DNA of 63,062 nucleotides, filler included, from Reclinomonas americana ATCC 50394 (Eukaryota): NCBI GenBank assembly GCA_048213135.1. It is 17 parts of 17 records of this genome, joined end to end, with 100 filler letters (N's around TTAATTAATTAA, not from the genome) between each part and the next. Parts side by side here need not be neighbours in the genome. Positions count along the whole stretch, not along the records: positions 1 to 7,475 come from AFZH01017453.1; positions 7,576 to 10,340 come from AFZH01017456.1; positions 10,441 to 12,109 come from AFZH01017457.1; positions 12,210 to 13,278 come from AFZH01017458.1; 13 more parts are not named here. One strand, given 5' to 3'. The notes under the pieces were generated by a model, which worked only from the letters and a program-made list of their open reading frames with translations, did no database searches and had not been told where the DNA came from. Shown here piece by piece: positions 1-12,520 of the stretch (within the stretch, counting starts at the first letter, position 1; each line of letters opens with the position of its first letter). The position numbers and the translations under genes were made by a program.

Positions 1-86
<86 letters not shown>
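1..86. repeat. (CT)n microsatellite, intronic to the PTS2 gene on the minus strand
   Basis: Near-perfect CT dinucleotide run at the window start, downstream of the GT donor at 108 on the minus strand. Confidence 0.9.
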
Positions 87-108
87 GTGCCCTTCGCAAT
101 GTCTTCAC

Positions 109-174
109 CTCGGGGTTGAGGTGATTGAGAATGACTTCCTGTCGACGTTGAGCTGACGATGATGATGAGGCCAT
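109..174 (-). CDS. First exon of a peroxisomal protein with a PTS2 signal (thiolase-like N-terminus); gene continues out of the window
   Basis: ATG at 174 gives MASSSSSAQRRQEVILNHLNPE, then donor GTGAAG at 108. RQEVILNHL fits the PTS2 consensus R(L/Q)x5HL. Confidence 0.6.
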
Positions 175-565
175 GATGTATGCGTTGTCTTCCTCGATGA
201 CTGTGGCGAGTGGAGAGAGAGTATGCGCGCGCTCGTGCAGCGACGGGTCAGCGACGGGTTGTTGCGATAATCTCTGCAGGACGCGGAATGCAAAGTGTTT
301 GTGAAGTCGACTGGGTTCTCCTTTGTCTGGAAGGCGGACGGAGAACGAGAAGAGCGGTGTGAAAGGACATTGTTTTTTACAACGGCATACATGTGCCCTT
401 TCTTGCAACAAGAGAGGTGCGAAGCTTTGCTCCCAATAGCTCCATGCACATCTTTCTGGTAATGCGACAAAGGTCCACATATCTCTTGCCGACAATGCAG
501 ACCCAAGCACACCAACACACAGACACAATTAGTCTATCCCAAACAGTCATCTTCCCATTCAGGAA

Positions 566-3500
566 TCACATTACAGAACACCTGCGCTGCCGACGACGTC
601 GACCATTTTCGGGATCGTGACGTCGCTGTTGCTGCTCAGATTGGTCTCGACGACGCCGGCACTCCTCCAACCACTTGATAGCCTGCACAGTCCTCGAATG
701 CTCTTCACTAAGCACAACTCGCATACCATCCACACACTCCACCAGCAGTGCCTCAGCCTCGTCCCATCGTTGCTGCTTCATGAGCAAGTCACCGTAGTTG
801 TACATCGTCTGCACTGTGTTTGCATTTCTATTTCCCAAGACCTCTCGCTTGCCCGCCAAGCATTCACGGCACAAATCAACAGCTTCTGTCAGTGATTCAA
901 GAGTGCCTTCCCGATACAGAGCACCAGCTAGATTGTTCATCGCGGTGAATGTACTCGGATGTCGATCTCCCAGCGCGGCTCGCTTCAACTGCAAGCATTC
1001 TCTGTGCAGTTGAACTCTCTCCTCCAATCGACTGCCATCTTGGAGACATGCGGCAACATTGTTCATGGACGACAACGTGTCTGGATGCTCAGCTCCAAGA
1101 AGCAGTCGTCGCAATTCCCAGCACCGTCGGAACAGTGTCTCAGCATGAGAAATTCGCTTGTGAAACTCGTGGTGCATAGCTCGCCAATGCAGAGCCATCA
1201 ACGAGTCCGGATGATTGTCACCAAGTGTCACACACTGCCGCTCATGACACTGCACCAGCAGCGGCAAATTGTCTGAATAGTAAGCAACCCACAAAAAGCA
1301 GCGCATTGCGTCAATCTTATCTAGCACAGTCATTTCACCACTGCAATCCCTTTCCCACTCCTCGCACAAACGCCACGCCTGCTGCCAAGCAGCCTTGCGT
1401 TGATCAAACTGACGAAGTATCCTAAACAACCATGCTTGACACTTTGCCACCACAAAGGCAAACCGTCGTCGCAAAGGACTCTGTTCAACATCACCATCTG
1501 CACGCTGTCCACACTCAGTCACTCGTCGCACAAGTACCACAGCCTCTGGTCTGCCAAATCCAACAGACGGCACTGTCTGACGAACACACTGCTCACCGAT
1601 CCACTCCACAGCCCGACACTGCACCAACAACCCATTCACACCAACTGCATCACCCGCCCACATACCATCATCCTCGCCCAACCGCCGCCACACCGTATGC
1701 AATACGCCGAGCAAGTCACGGGATACTAACAGCACACCGTCACTGTCATTCTGTGAATCAATGCCATTCAGCACACAACACACCAGGCGCATAATCAGTC
1801 TCTGCATCCGTGACACTGAACTTCCACACCGTCCCACAATCCACCCAGCAATCTCATCGTGCACTCGGTACTCCACAACCACACCACTCCCTCCCACCTG
1901 CTCACCACACAGAACACGAGCCACACTGTCCATGCTGCCACTGACACCCACCGTCACCAGATTTGACAAGCACAGACCCTCCAGCACATCCCCCACTCCT
2001 TCATCACCGCCACCACCACCCACCAACTCATCACGCCGCGCACGCACTTGCTGCTCCTCCTCCTCACTCATCTCGTCAAACTGCAGTCGCTCGCCCACCA
2101 CCTCGGGTGCACGCCGTCGCCTCTCCTGCGCCAGCTCATGCAGCCGCAGTCGACGCACACATTGACTCAACTCCACCAGTCGACTTGCCGCCTCTTCATC
2201 TTCATCACCACCCACTGCAATCGTCACATCAGGAATCACCCGCAACACACCAAGAACCACTCGTGCAAGTGCCACAGTCACTGGCAAGCCAAGTTCCTTG
2301 CACGCCGTGATCAACACCAACAGACGACGTGCTGCTGCTGTCTGTGACATCACATTGCGTTCCAGAAGCTGTGACAGCGCATCACCACCAATGCCACGCA
2401 GCACCTCCTCCAGTTGCGCGCCCATCAGCTGTGCTGCTGATTGAGACAGCAACCAGCTGCATGACGAAGAAGAGAAGGAGAGAAGAGTGAGTCTTTTCAT
2501 CCATAAGCCGCTCACTCACTCATAGCACTCACCCAACACAAGCACTCACTCGCAGTGCATTCTTCCCCTGCTGTCCACTCTCCAACGCCTCCACGATCCG
2601 TCGACGCTTATCCTGAGACACCTTGTCGAGCAGTTGCTCCTCCACAAGCTGCTCAATGTCCTCGTTCTCCACGCTCTCCACTCGCACACATTCAACCTCC
2701 GCCACATGCACCATCGAGTCACGAAGCTCATTTGCCACTCGCCCGTATCGACTCGTCACCACCACAATCGGTGCCACCATTCCACCTGCAGAAGGACACG
2801 CACGCATGATGCACATCAAGTCAGGATCCAACATCCGAGCAAGAATGAGAGAATTCTTCTCTCTCATGACACACACGCACCCTCATCAGCACATTGAACA
2901 ACACTCCTCACTTGCCCCGCCGATCCCACGTTGTCCAGCACCATCACTCCACTCGATGCATGCATCAACTGTCGCAGCAGGCGACGCGCTGGCTCCACCT
3001 CGCCACTCGCCAGAAGCGCATCCACCTGGCTGGCCATTCTTCGTCCCTCCAATTCATCCACTCGCATCTGTGCCGTCACAAAGGCACGCAAACACTCGCC
3101 AAGAGCACTCTCCGACTGCAGCATGTGGCATGGAGAGAGAGAGAGAGAGAGAGAGTCAGAATGCCAGCAGAAGGAGATGACGAAAGAATGAAAGAAAACA
3201 TGCATGATCCTCCGCACACCTTCACATGCTCCCTCGCATCACCCACATGACCACGCATCTCCACCGACACGGCCGATCCCTTCCACCGACGAGTCGCCAG
3301 CAACTCGGTCACGAGAAGCTCGGCTAGGAGCGACTTGCCAGTGCCACCATCACCCGTTAGCACCACCATGAATGGATGGTGTGCTGCGCAAGAATCATCC
3401 ACCACAGACAACACGATGAGACACACGATTGTGAGGAAGGAAGGAGGAGAAATGAGAAGGAACACCCAACCTTTAACACCATCCACAATGCGCGCGGCGA

Positions 3501-5056
3501 GCGAGGATGTCAGTGCAAGCCGACTCGGGAAGCGGAATGTGGTCACAGGATTGACGGTGCGGGCGATGAGAGGCGTCTTGGATGGGCGACTGCTGTCCAG
3601 ATCTGTGTGACAAAAGGTGAGTGGGCACAGCAATGCACATTGAATGCAGATCAATCATGGAACACACCTGCAGCTGAGACAGGAGAGGGTGAGATGGTCA
3701 TTGTGTCAAGCCGTTGGTGCACACTCTCCATCTCCGCACGCATTGTCGCCTGCATCTCCATTCGCATCTGATCAATTGACATGCATGTGAGAAACAATGT
3801 GCACTTTGCAAGTGACTCCATCCTCACGCATATCCACTCAACTTGCTCCATGTGCGCCGCCATCGATGTCTGGTCTGCTTGACTCAGCGCACCTGAATTA
3901 ACACACAATCAAGACAGCATCAGTTTCCACATTCAACCAAATCATCCAGACACAAAGCACGAGCCATTCTCTCCCTCTACTCACCATCACGAGTATCGTT
4001 CAGCTGCACCACCAATTCCTCCTCCACGTCCCTGCCAATCTGCAGCCGTCGCACAAGTTGATGCAACTCGCCCTCTCCTCCTCCTCCGTCGCCGAGCAGA
4101 GGCACAAAGAATGCACGAGCGCGTGCGGGACTCGCCTGCTCAAACATCTCCCTCATTCGCGCGATCGCATCGCGCTGTGTAACAATGAGAGTGAGAGGTA
4201 TAATCACATAGAGAGAGATCACACTCTCCCTCCTTCCTATCTCCACTCATTCTCACACACACTCACCACATCACCAGCTGGAATCAGACGATCTGGCTCG
4301 TCTCTCGGGTGCTCACGATGACCCGCCAACAGCAAGATCGAGCAGCACAGCATCGCATCAAACGAACTGCAGTCGTACAGCTGGCCTCGCTGTCGCCACT
4401 CGCGCACCAGCTGGAGCTCCTCCTCGTTCAACTGGACACACATGTCCACTCCGTCTGGCATGGTGCTGCATGTGGGGAAGAAGGCACAAAGAAAGAGAGC
4501 ATGCTGGTGAGTGCGGGAATGTGTGTGATATGACAAGGAAAGAGGGCGATTCATAAGGGATGGAATGTGGAGTCGTGTGTGGAGAGACAATGAAGGGTGC
4601 GAGAATGGGGAGAAAGGGATGACCAGTGCGCCACCATCTGCCACTTGCTGGCAATCTAAATCTTCTCTTCCACTCTCTCATTCACATCTCCATTCTGCAC
4701 CTTCCCATCACGTGCTTCTACATTCCTTCCTCACACACTCACCGCACATCACGCTCACTCGGCGCCTTGCACCACTCGGCAACATGATTCACACCGGGAT
4801 ATGAATCGAGAAACGCCGGCAGCACTTGCTCGAGTTTGGATTGCAGAGCGCGGGTGCACGGACGAGACAGACCTTTGACAAGGCGCATCGCACATTCCTC
4901 ATCACCAGCATCGTGATGATGACTGCACGAGAGGAGAGAGGAGGAGAGTGACAGGGAACGAATCAGACAATGTGAGAATGATGATGATGATGCATCTGAC
5001 AACAACACAATGAGAGAGACACGCAACTCACGTGGCATTCCACTCCCACTCGTCAT
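566..5056 (-). CDS. Multi-exon STAND (NB-ARC-like) NTPase with C-terminal TPR repeats (NLR-like); 5' end approximate
   Basis: Walker A VVLTGDGGTGKS (~3330-3365), Walker B VMVLDNV (~2935), sensor-1-like IVVVTSR (~2760). Last exon has kinesin-light-chain-type TPRs (LGAEHPDTLSSMNNVA, LGDRHPSTFTAMNNLA). Stop at 566. Confidence 0.8.
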
Positions 5057-5804
5057 GGTGGTGCGTCACAACAAGAGCAACAACAACGCACTGACAGATG
5101 CACAGGGGAATGACAATCTCTCTCTCTCTGTAACACAATAAGAAGCGGAGAAAATACGACAACTTGCTCTCCTTCTCTCCTTCTCTTGCACACACACACA
5201 CTCAAGGTGGGGAATGACACTGTCACAGAACAGAACAGAGAACACACAAGCTCACTTCTGCTCAACAACGAAAGACAGCAAAACACACGTCGGTCTCTCA
5301 GACAATCGTGGGACATGACTTCGTCGGGTGTGCGTGCTGGCTCACAAGACAGAATAACGTGTCGCACGAAGAGAGGCATGTACTCACATGTACACTGAGA
5401 CACGAGCGTGTTGAATCATTGGCGAACAAGATGAAACGTCGAGAGACCGTCAAGAAATTCTCAGAGGAGCAGGATCATTGATCGTTCACGACTTCACACT
5501 GGCCTCTCTTGTACAGAAAGGCACCACTCTGCGCTGCTTGCGAAGAAACGGTCTCAGTTCATCCCCACCATCAGTGTTGGAGAACAGAGGCCTTGGAGAT
5601 CTCAAGCTTGTCCATTCATCACTCAACTGCACACTGGCCTCTCTTGCATGGTAGGGCACACATGTTCTGCATGAACAAACAATCTCTTTCCATCCCCACC
5701 GCCACCCTTCCCCTTCATCAATGGCAAACAAAACACACCATACATTCACCCTTCTCCCCCTCCTCCCCCTTCCCCTCCTTCTCCCCCTTCTCCCTTCGCC
5801 CCCC

Positions 5805-8800
5805 TTAATCCCCCCACACCGCATCCGCCGCCGCCGCCAACAACATCGCCTCATACGACGACGACGACCCCGACATACCCCCACCACCCCCACCCCCACC
5901 ACCTGCACCACTTCCACCTTCCCCATCAACCCCCTCCCCCTCCTCATCCTCATCGCCCAGCCGCTGAAACGCCCGCTCCTCATACAACTGCACATGCAGC
6001 GAGATGCACTCGCTCACCAACTCCAGAATCGCCGTCTCGCACTTGCTCCGCAAACTCAACTGCTCCCACCACGCTTGTGGCCGCTCGCTGAGCATGCGGA
6101 ACAAGTGCAACGACACCGACGACGTGCGCTGCATGTCGTTGGTCACGGCGTACCCGAGTTCGTCGCACATCGCGCTGAATTCCTCCGCCACATACGTCAC
6201 GTCGTCCTTGCACTCTTGCACCGCCGCGCCGACGCCGTGCTCGGTGGAGCGGCCGCGTTTGATTTCTTGCACGCAGCGTTCCCGCATGCCCAGCGCGTAC
6301 CACAGCAGGCGGTCCAACGGGAGACGTACGCGCTCTGTGGACGGAGGTGACTCCACCGCCTGCCACTCGGCCAGCAACGACTCGAGCACCTTTTCGGTGG
6401 TGGACAGCGATTTGATGGCGTTGTCATCCCCACCAGTTGTGGACGAGGAGGAGGGCGGGAGCACCGAATATGGCGACGAGGCTTGCATGCCAGTGGTCGA
6501 GTGAATCGCGGAGAATGGAGTGAAGCGGGTGACGAGGTCGATGTTGCGGGACTGTTGTGGATAGAGATGGGTGAGATGCTTGTCACAGACGGACAGCTCT
6601 CTGGTTTCACAAACCGCATCAGCGTGCATCCACTCGTCCACGCCGGGTGGCCACTTGAGGCCATCCATGGCCCACTTGTCACGTCGTTGCAGTCGCCGGA
6701 GGTCACAGGTCATGGAGAACAGTCTGCGAAGAGGGAAAGAGAGTGAGGGAAAGAGGGAATGATAAAGCCTCCCTTTCCCAGCATTCACCTCTTGCTCAGT
6801 TTCTCCACTGCCGCCGCATCCGACGGATTCGCCTGCGCACGCACACGCACATGCTCCACCGGATCCGGTGCCCGTGCCGCACCGTGCAACAAGTCAGCCA
6901 TCGCTGTGAGGGTCGCCATCGCTCCACGACGCGCTTCCTCGCCGCCGGCGTCGGGGAATGCTTGCGACTGCGGAAAGGGCACAAAGTAAGAGAGAAGCTC
7001 ACTTTATGGCGAGGTTGCCAGCAAACCATTTCTCTCGCAAACGACAGGAACGATTGTCCAAAGTGCACGAGTTTCGTAAGGTGGCGCAACAGTTGCAGTC
7101 GATCGTCCCGGCGGCGCTCATCGCCAGGTCCAGCCTCACGCTGCGTAACACCGAGATGAGATCGTTATCACCAACTCTGAGCAGAAGGATAACTCACCAT
7201 TCGCCTCAAAAACGACAACTCCGCCTCCATTTCGTCCGCATTGTTGTCGAGCAGCGACTGCATGAACGAGTGGTGCTCACCGCGCTGTATTTTGGCAAGC
7301 ACCTCCAGCACGCCGAGGCGGGTTGCGGGGTCGGCGCAGACTTGCTCCTGTGGGCGCCAAGGGTGAGGGGGAAAAAGGGGGAAATAGGGATGAGGAGGGG
7401 GAGAGAAAGGGGGAGACAGGGGGGAGAAAGGGGGGAGAAAGGGGGGAGAAAGGGGGAGAGACGGGGGAAGACGACNNNNNNNNNNNNNNNNNNNNNNNNN
7501 NNNNNNNNNNNNNNNNNNNTTAATTAATTAANNNNNNNNNNNNNNNNNNNNNNNNNNNNNNNNNNNNNNNNNNNNGGGGGGAACGAGGGGGGAACGAGGG
7601 GGGAACGAGGGGGAACGAGGGGGAACGAGGGGGAACGAGGGGGAACGAGGGGGAACGAGGGGGAACGAGGGGGAACGAGGGGGAACGAGGAGGAACGAGG
7701 AGGAACGAGGAGGAACGAGGAGGAACGAGGAGGAACGAGGAGGAACGAGGAGGACAGAGGGGGGAGACAGAGGGGGGAGACAAAGGGGGAAGACAACAGG
7801 GGAAGACAAAGGGGGAAGACAACAGGGGAAGACAAAGAGGGGAGACAGAAGGGGAAGGAAAGGGGGAAGACAAAGGGGGAGGACAACGGGGAAAGACTAC
7901 GGGGAAAGATAAGGGAGAGAGAAGGGGGAAGACAACGGGGGAAGACAACGGGGGAAGACAACGGGGGAAGACAACGGGGGAAGACAACGGGGGAAGACAA
8001 CGGGGGAAGACAACGGGGGAGAGAGGGGTAGGACAACGGGGGAAGACAACGGGGGAAGACAACGGGGCAAGACAACGGGGGAAGACAGAGGGGGAAGACA
8101 GAGGGGGAAGACAGAGGGGGAAGACAGAGGGGGAGGAAAAGGGAGAATGTAAAGTGAAGGGGGGAGACTAGGGCTCATCAACAAAGGAGACTCACAATCG
8201 GCTCCGTGCGAAGCAATTTGTTGTCGTCCTTCAGAGCGCGACTCTCCTCCTGCAGCGTGTTAATGTACCGCTTGGAGGCTGTCACTGCGAATGCCAGTGA
8301 ACGAATGCCAGACTGTGCAGAGATGATGAGAAACGTACACGCCTCCCTACCCCCTCTGCACGCTTGCTCACCTCCGTCGTTCGACAGGTAAGCGTATCCA
8401 TTCCCAAAAACACGTGATGCTGCGTGGCGGCCAGTGTGGCCATTGTCGACTCGCGTCGATGCATTCGCATGTCCACCGTGTTCACTTGCAAAATCTGCAC
8501 CAATCGCAAGTCAGCAAGCCAACCATAATTCCCCCTTCTCCCCTTATACGCACCCTCGCATTCCACGACACCAGCACCGAGCGCTCATCCATACTGTACA
8601 CAATGTATTGCTCCGACGAGTCGGTCCCGTCGGTGCGGTAGGCGGCCAGTGCGCGAATCGCCGATCGCCCGCTCCCCGGCGTCAGCGCCCCGCCGGCCGG
8701 GATGGAGCCGTGCGCCGGCGGCTCCAGTTGGTGCATCAGCTCCTTCGAGTGCACGCTCCACACAAAAATTTCGGCATTGTCCCCGCCAGTCCATACCACA

Positions 8801-11310
8801 GGTTGCTGTTGTTGGTCTGCGACAAGGGAGAAGGGGGGAAAGGGGGAGGGGGGAAGGGTGAGAAAGGGGGAGTTGGGGAAGGGGGAATGGTGAGAAAGGG
8901 GAGGGGGAAAGGTGAGGGGAGGAGAGGAGAAGGGAGGTGGAGGGAGAGTGTAAGCAATGGTGAGGGGTGAAAGGAGGAGAGAAGAGATGCAGTCCAAGAG
9001 AAAGATCTGAAGAAGACGAGAAAGAGTGGAATGGTGAAGAAGAACAAGCAGAATGACGCGAGGGAGAGAGAGATGGAGAGAGGAGGTGGTGTATCGAGAA
9101 GCAACGAGAAACAAGTAAAGAAAAAAGGAGAGCAGCGGGATGAGAAGAACTGACGAAGGAGACTATGAGTGGAAAGATGGAGACGAACAAAGAGGGACGA
9201 AAAATGAGAGAGAGAGAGAGAGACAGTGTGAGAGAGAGAGAGAGACAGAGAGTGAAAAGAGGAGGATGATGAGACGAGTCACTCTTTCCCCAAAAGTTAC
9301 CCTTTCCCAACAAGTCGTCCTCTCCTAACAAGTCACCCTTTCCCAACTTTCCCAACAAGTCACCCTTTTGCCAACGAATAACCCTTTCCCAACAAGTCGC
9401 CCTTTCTCCTTTCCCCACAAGTCACCCTTCTCCCACAAGTCTCCCTTTCCCCACAAGTCACCTGACGCATCCTCGCAGCAGCACGACTCAACCAAACAAT
9501 GCACCGCTCCCGAGTGCAACTTTTCCCGCATCAGCACCTGCCCATTTGCGGCGCACAACACCACCACCTCGCCCGACGCGCACGCAATCCACAACTCGGC
9601 CGACCCACTGCTCGTCACCATGATCATGTCGTTAACGGCCGAGTTCAGCGACGCGGACCAGTCGGGTGCCGAGTGGGCGTCGCCCTGCACCAACACAAAC
9701 TTCAGAATAAGGAGAGAATTCTGAAGACACCCAATCCTCTTCTCCCAAAACGCACCCTCTTCATCCACCGCGACACCGTGCCGTCCTGCGCGCACGAGTA
9801 CACGCACGCATCGTCGTCCAGCACCGCCGTCACGGTCGCCCTATGCATGCCCACCATGCGGCTGGTGAACGGCACTCGCTGCTCGTGTGTGGTGGCCAGC
9901 AGCGTGGTCGGTGAGCCCCAAAAGGTGGGGCTGGCGTACGCGCTCAGCTCCGTCACCGTCGGCGTGCGGATCTCCACGAGGCCGGTGCTGAGTCCGCACA
10001 CGTACTCGCCGTCGGTGGAGGAGAAGCCGCTGGTGGGGCGGAAGGCGGTGATGTGTGGGGTGGTGGTGTCGGGGGCGGGGGGCATCAGTTCCACGCCCTA
10101 ATTAGGGAAAGGGGGAGGTGAGAGGGGGAAGGCGAAGGGGGCAGGGCGAGGTGGGAAAAGGGGGATGAGGGAAGGGGAAAGGAGGAAAGGGGGAAAGGGG
10201 GGAAGAGGGGAAGGTGGGGGGACTGAAAAGGGAGAAAGGCGGAGAAGGGCGAGGGGGAAAAGGCGAGCAGCGAGAGAAAAGACGAGCAGCGAGAGGAATA
10301 GCGAGCAGCGAGAGGAATAGCGAGCAGCGAGAGGAAAGGCNNNNNNNNNNNNNNNNNNNNNNNNNNNNNNNNNNNNNNNNNNNNTTAATTAATTAANNNN
10401 NNNNNNNNNNNNNNNNNNNNNNNNNNNNNNNNNNNNNNNNAACGGCGAGCAGCGAGGAGAACGGCGAGCAGCGAGGAGAACGGCGAGCAGCGAGAGAAAA
10501 GACGAGCAGCGAGAGGAATAGCGAGCAGCGAGGAGAACGGCGAGCAGCGAGGAGAACGGCGAGCAGCGAGAGAGAACGGCGAGCAGCGAGAGAGAAAGGC
10601 GAGCAGCGAGAGAGAAAGGCGAGCAGCGAGAGAGAAAGGCGAGCAGCGAGAGAGAAAGGCGAGCAGCGAGAGAGAAAGGCGAGCAGCGAGAGAAACGGCG
10701 AGCAGCGAGAGGAACGGCGAGCGGCGAGAGGAACAGCGAGCAGCGAGAGGAACAGCGAGCAGCGAGAGGAACAGCGAGCAGCGAGAGGAACAGCGAGCAG
10801 CGAGAGGAACGGCGAGCAGCGAGAGGAACGGCGAGCGGCGAGAGGAACAGCGAGCAGCGAGATAAACAGCGAGAAGCGAGATAAACAGCGAGAAGCAAGA
10901 TAAACAGCGAGCAGCGAGAGAAATGCGAGCAGCGAGAGAAATGCGAGCAGCGAGAGAAATGCGAGCAGCGAGAGAAATGCGAGCAGCGAGAGGAAGACGG
11001 TGACATCCATCCTCTGCTAATGATTGCCTTCTCATGAAGCACTCACCGGCTCCAGCAATCCATCCGCACACTCCCTCAACGTCCTCAACGAGCCTGCAAC
11101 CCCCAGCGTATGAGCGAATCCAGTCATGACGTCGTAACGAGAGGAGACACAGCAGCGCACCATCATCTCCCAGCACCCACACCATGGCGGTGGCAGGTCT
11201 CTCCTGTCCCTCCGAAGCCAGGCACATCATGGCCGCCGTTGCGGAGGCCGTCACCAAGGCGCCACTGGCGGTGGTGGTGGCGGGAGGGGACGATCCAGTG
11301 GAGAAGCTAC
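5805..11310 (-). CDS. Multi-exon WD40/beta-propeller protein with a C-terminal helical/coiled-coil region; start not seen; spans gaps at 7476 and 10341
   Basis: WD-like exons: HRATVTAVLDDDACVYSCAQDGTVSRW, LHSGAVHCLV, VWTGGDNAEIFVWS. Coiled-coil exon YINTLQEESRALKDDNKLLR. Long last exon ends WGD* at 5805. Confidence 0.6.
7476..7575. other. Assembly gap linker N44-TTAATTAATTAA-N44; 15 more start at 10341, 12110, 13279, 15493, 16876, 21833, 23421, 27354, 29867, 32263, 34154, 38249, 46504, 51871, 54938
   Basis: Identical 100-bp structure each time, with a six-frame stop linker. Confidence 0.98.
7576..8140. repeat. Intronic minisatellites (GGGGGAACGA)n, (GGAGGAACGA)n and (GGGGGAAGACAAC)n
   Basis: Directly visible tandem arrays. 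Confidence 0.9.
10262..10995. repeat. Intronic ~20-bp minisatellite GCGAGCAGCGAGAG(G/A)AAC
   Basis: Tandem array with graded variants, interrupted by a gap. Confidence 0.9.
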
Positions 11311-12520
11311 AAAGAAGGGGAAGGGCAGTGAGCGATCGAGACACGGACGGAAAAGCGAGCAGAGAGAAAAGGAGAGAACGTCTCACTCGCCCCACTGCAA
11401 ACTCAAGGAACTCCTTCTAATTCCAGAACGCCCAAGTCTCGAGGTTCTTCTTTATCTTTCTCTCTATCTCTCTGAAAATACTCAGCTGCAAATTGCAACA
11501 TGACAGACGCCCAATCCCTCTGCAAGACTAGAGCAATGCAGACAGGTTGAGAGAGAGAGAGAGAGAGACAGAGACAGAGAGAGAGAAGCATTCAGAATGC
11601 AGCTTGGGGCAGTCGCTTTCTATTCTCTCTTTCTCTCCCTCTCTCGGAGCACCGTGACATCTACCCTCTCAAGCATGCTGAAGTCTCCTCTCTCTTCTCC
11701 TTCCCTCCCTCTCTCTCTCTCAAGCTGCATCATGACAGCTCCCCTCTCAAGAAGCCCAAGCCTCGCACTGCACCATTTCTTCGTGCTCAAGAAAGCCCGA
11801 GATTCAAGCTGCAACCTGACAAAAGCTCATGCTCTATCTCTCTCCCTCTCACGAACAAGCCCAACCCTCAAGCTGCAACAAAAGCTTCCCTCTCTCTCTC
11901 TCTCTCAAAGCAAGCCCACTCTCAAACTGCATCCTGACAAAAGCAAGTCTCGCCCTGTTCTTCTCCTTCTGGCTCCTTGCCTCACTCCTCCCTTCTCCCT
12001 CACTCGCTTCTCCCTTCTCCTTTCTCCCTTCCTCCCTTCTCCTCCCCCTCTCCTCCCCCTCTCCTCCCCTTCTCCTCCCCCTCTCCTCCCCCTCTCCTCC
12101 CCCTCTCCCNNNNNNNNNNNNNNNNNNNNNNNNNNNNNNNNNNNNNNNNNNNNTTAATTAATTAANNNNNNNNNNNNNNNNNNNNNNNNNNNNNNNNNNN
12201 NNNNNNNNNACATACACACACACGCATACTCAACTCCCTGCATGATCATGCATCCATCGCCATTGTCGCCATGCACACACAAACACACATATCACAAGCA
12301 CAGTTAGTCGGCGACATAGACAGGTATACACAATGTTCACAAACACACTACAACGCAAAAAAACAACAATAACTACAACAACAACAACAACAAAAGCAAT
12401 AACAACACTGGAACACCAACGCCAAACACACAGATTTTTCTATTTCTCTCTCATACAGACGCAAACTCAACTTTCTGCACTCGAGAAGTCCATGGGCGGT
12501 ACCGCCGTACATACATAAGG

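Noticed and set aside
7520..7531. Recurrent palindromic TTAATTAATTAA as a biological motif
   Set aside because: Always centred between two runs of 44 N; it is an artificial six-frame-stop scaffold linker.
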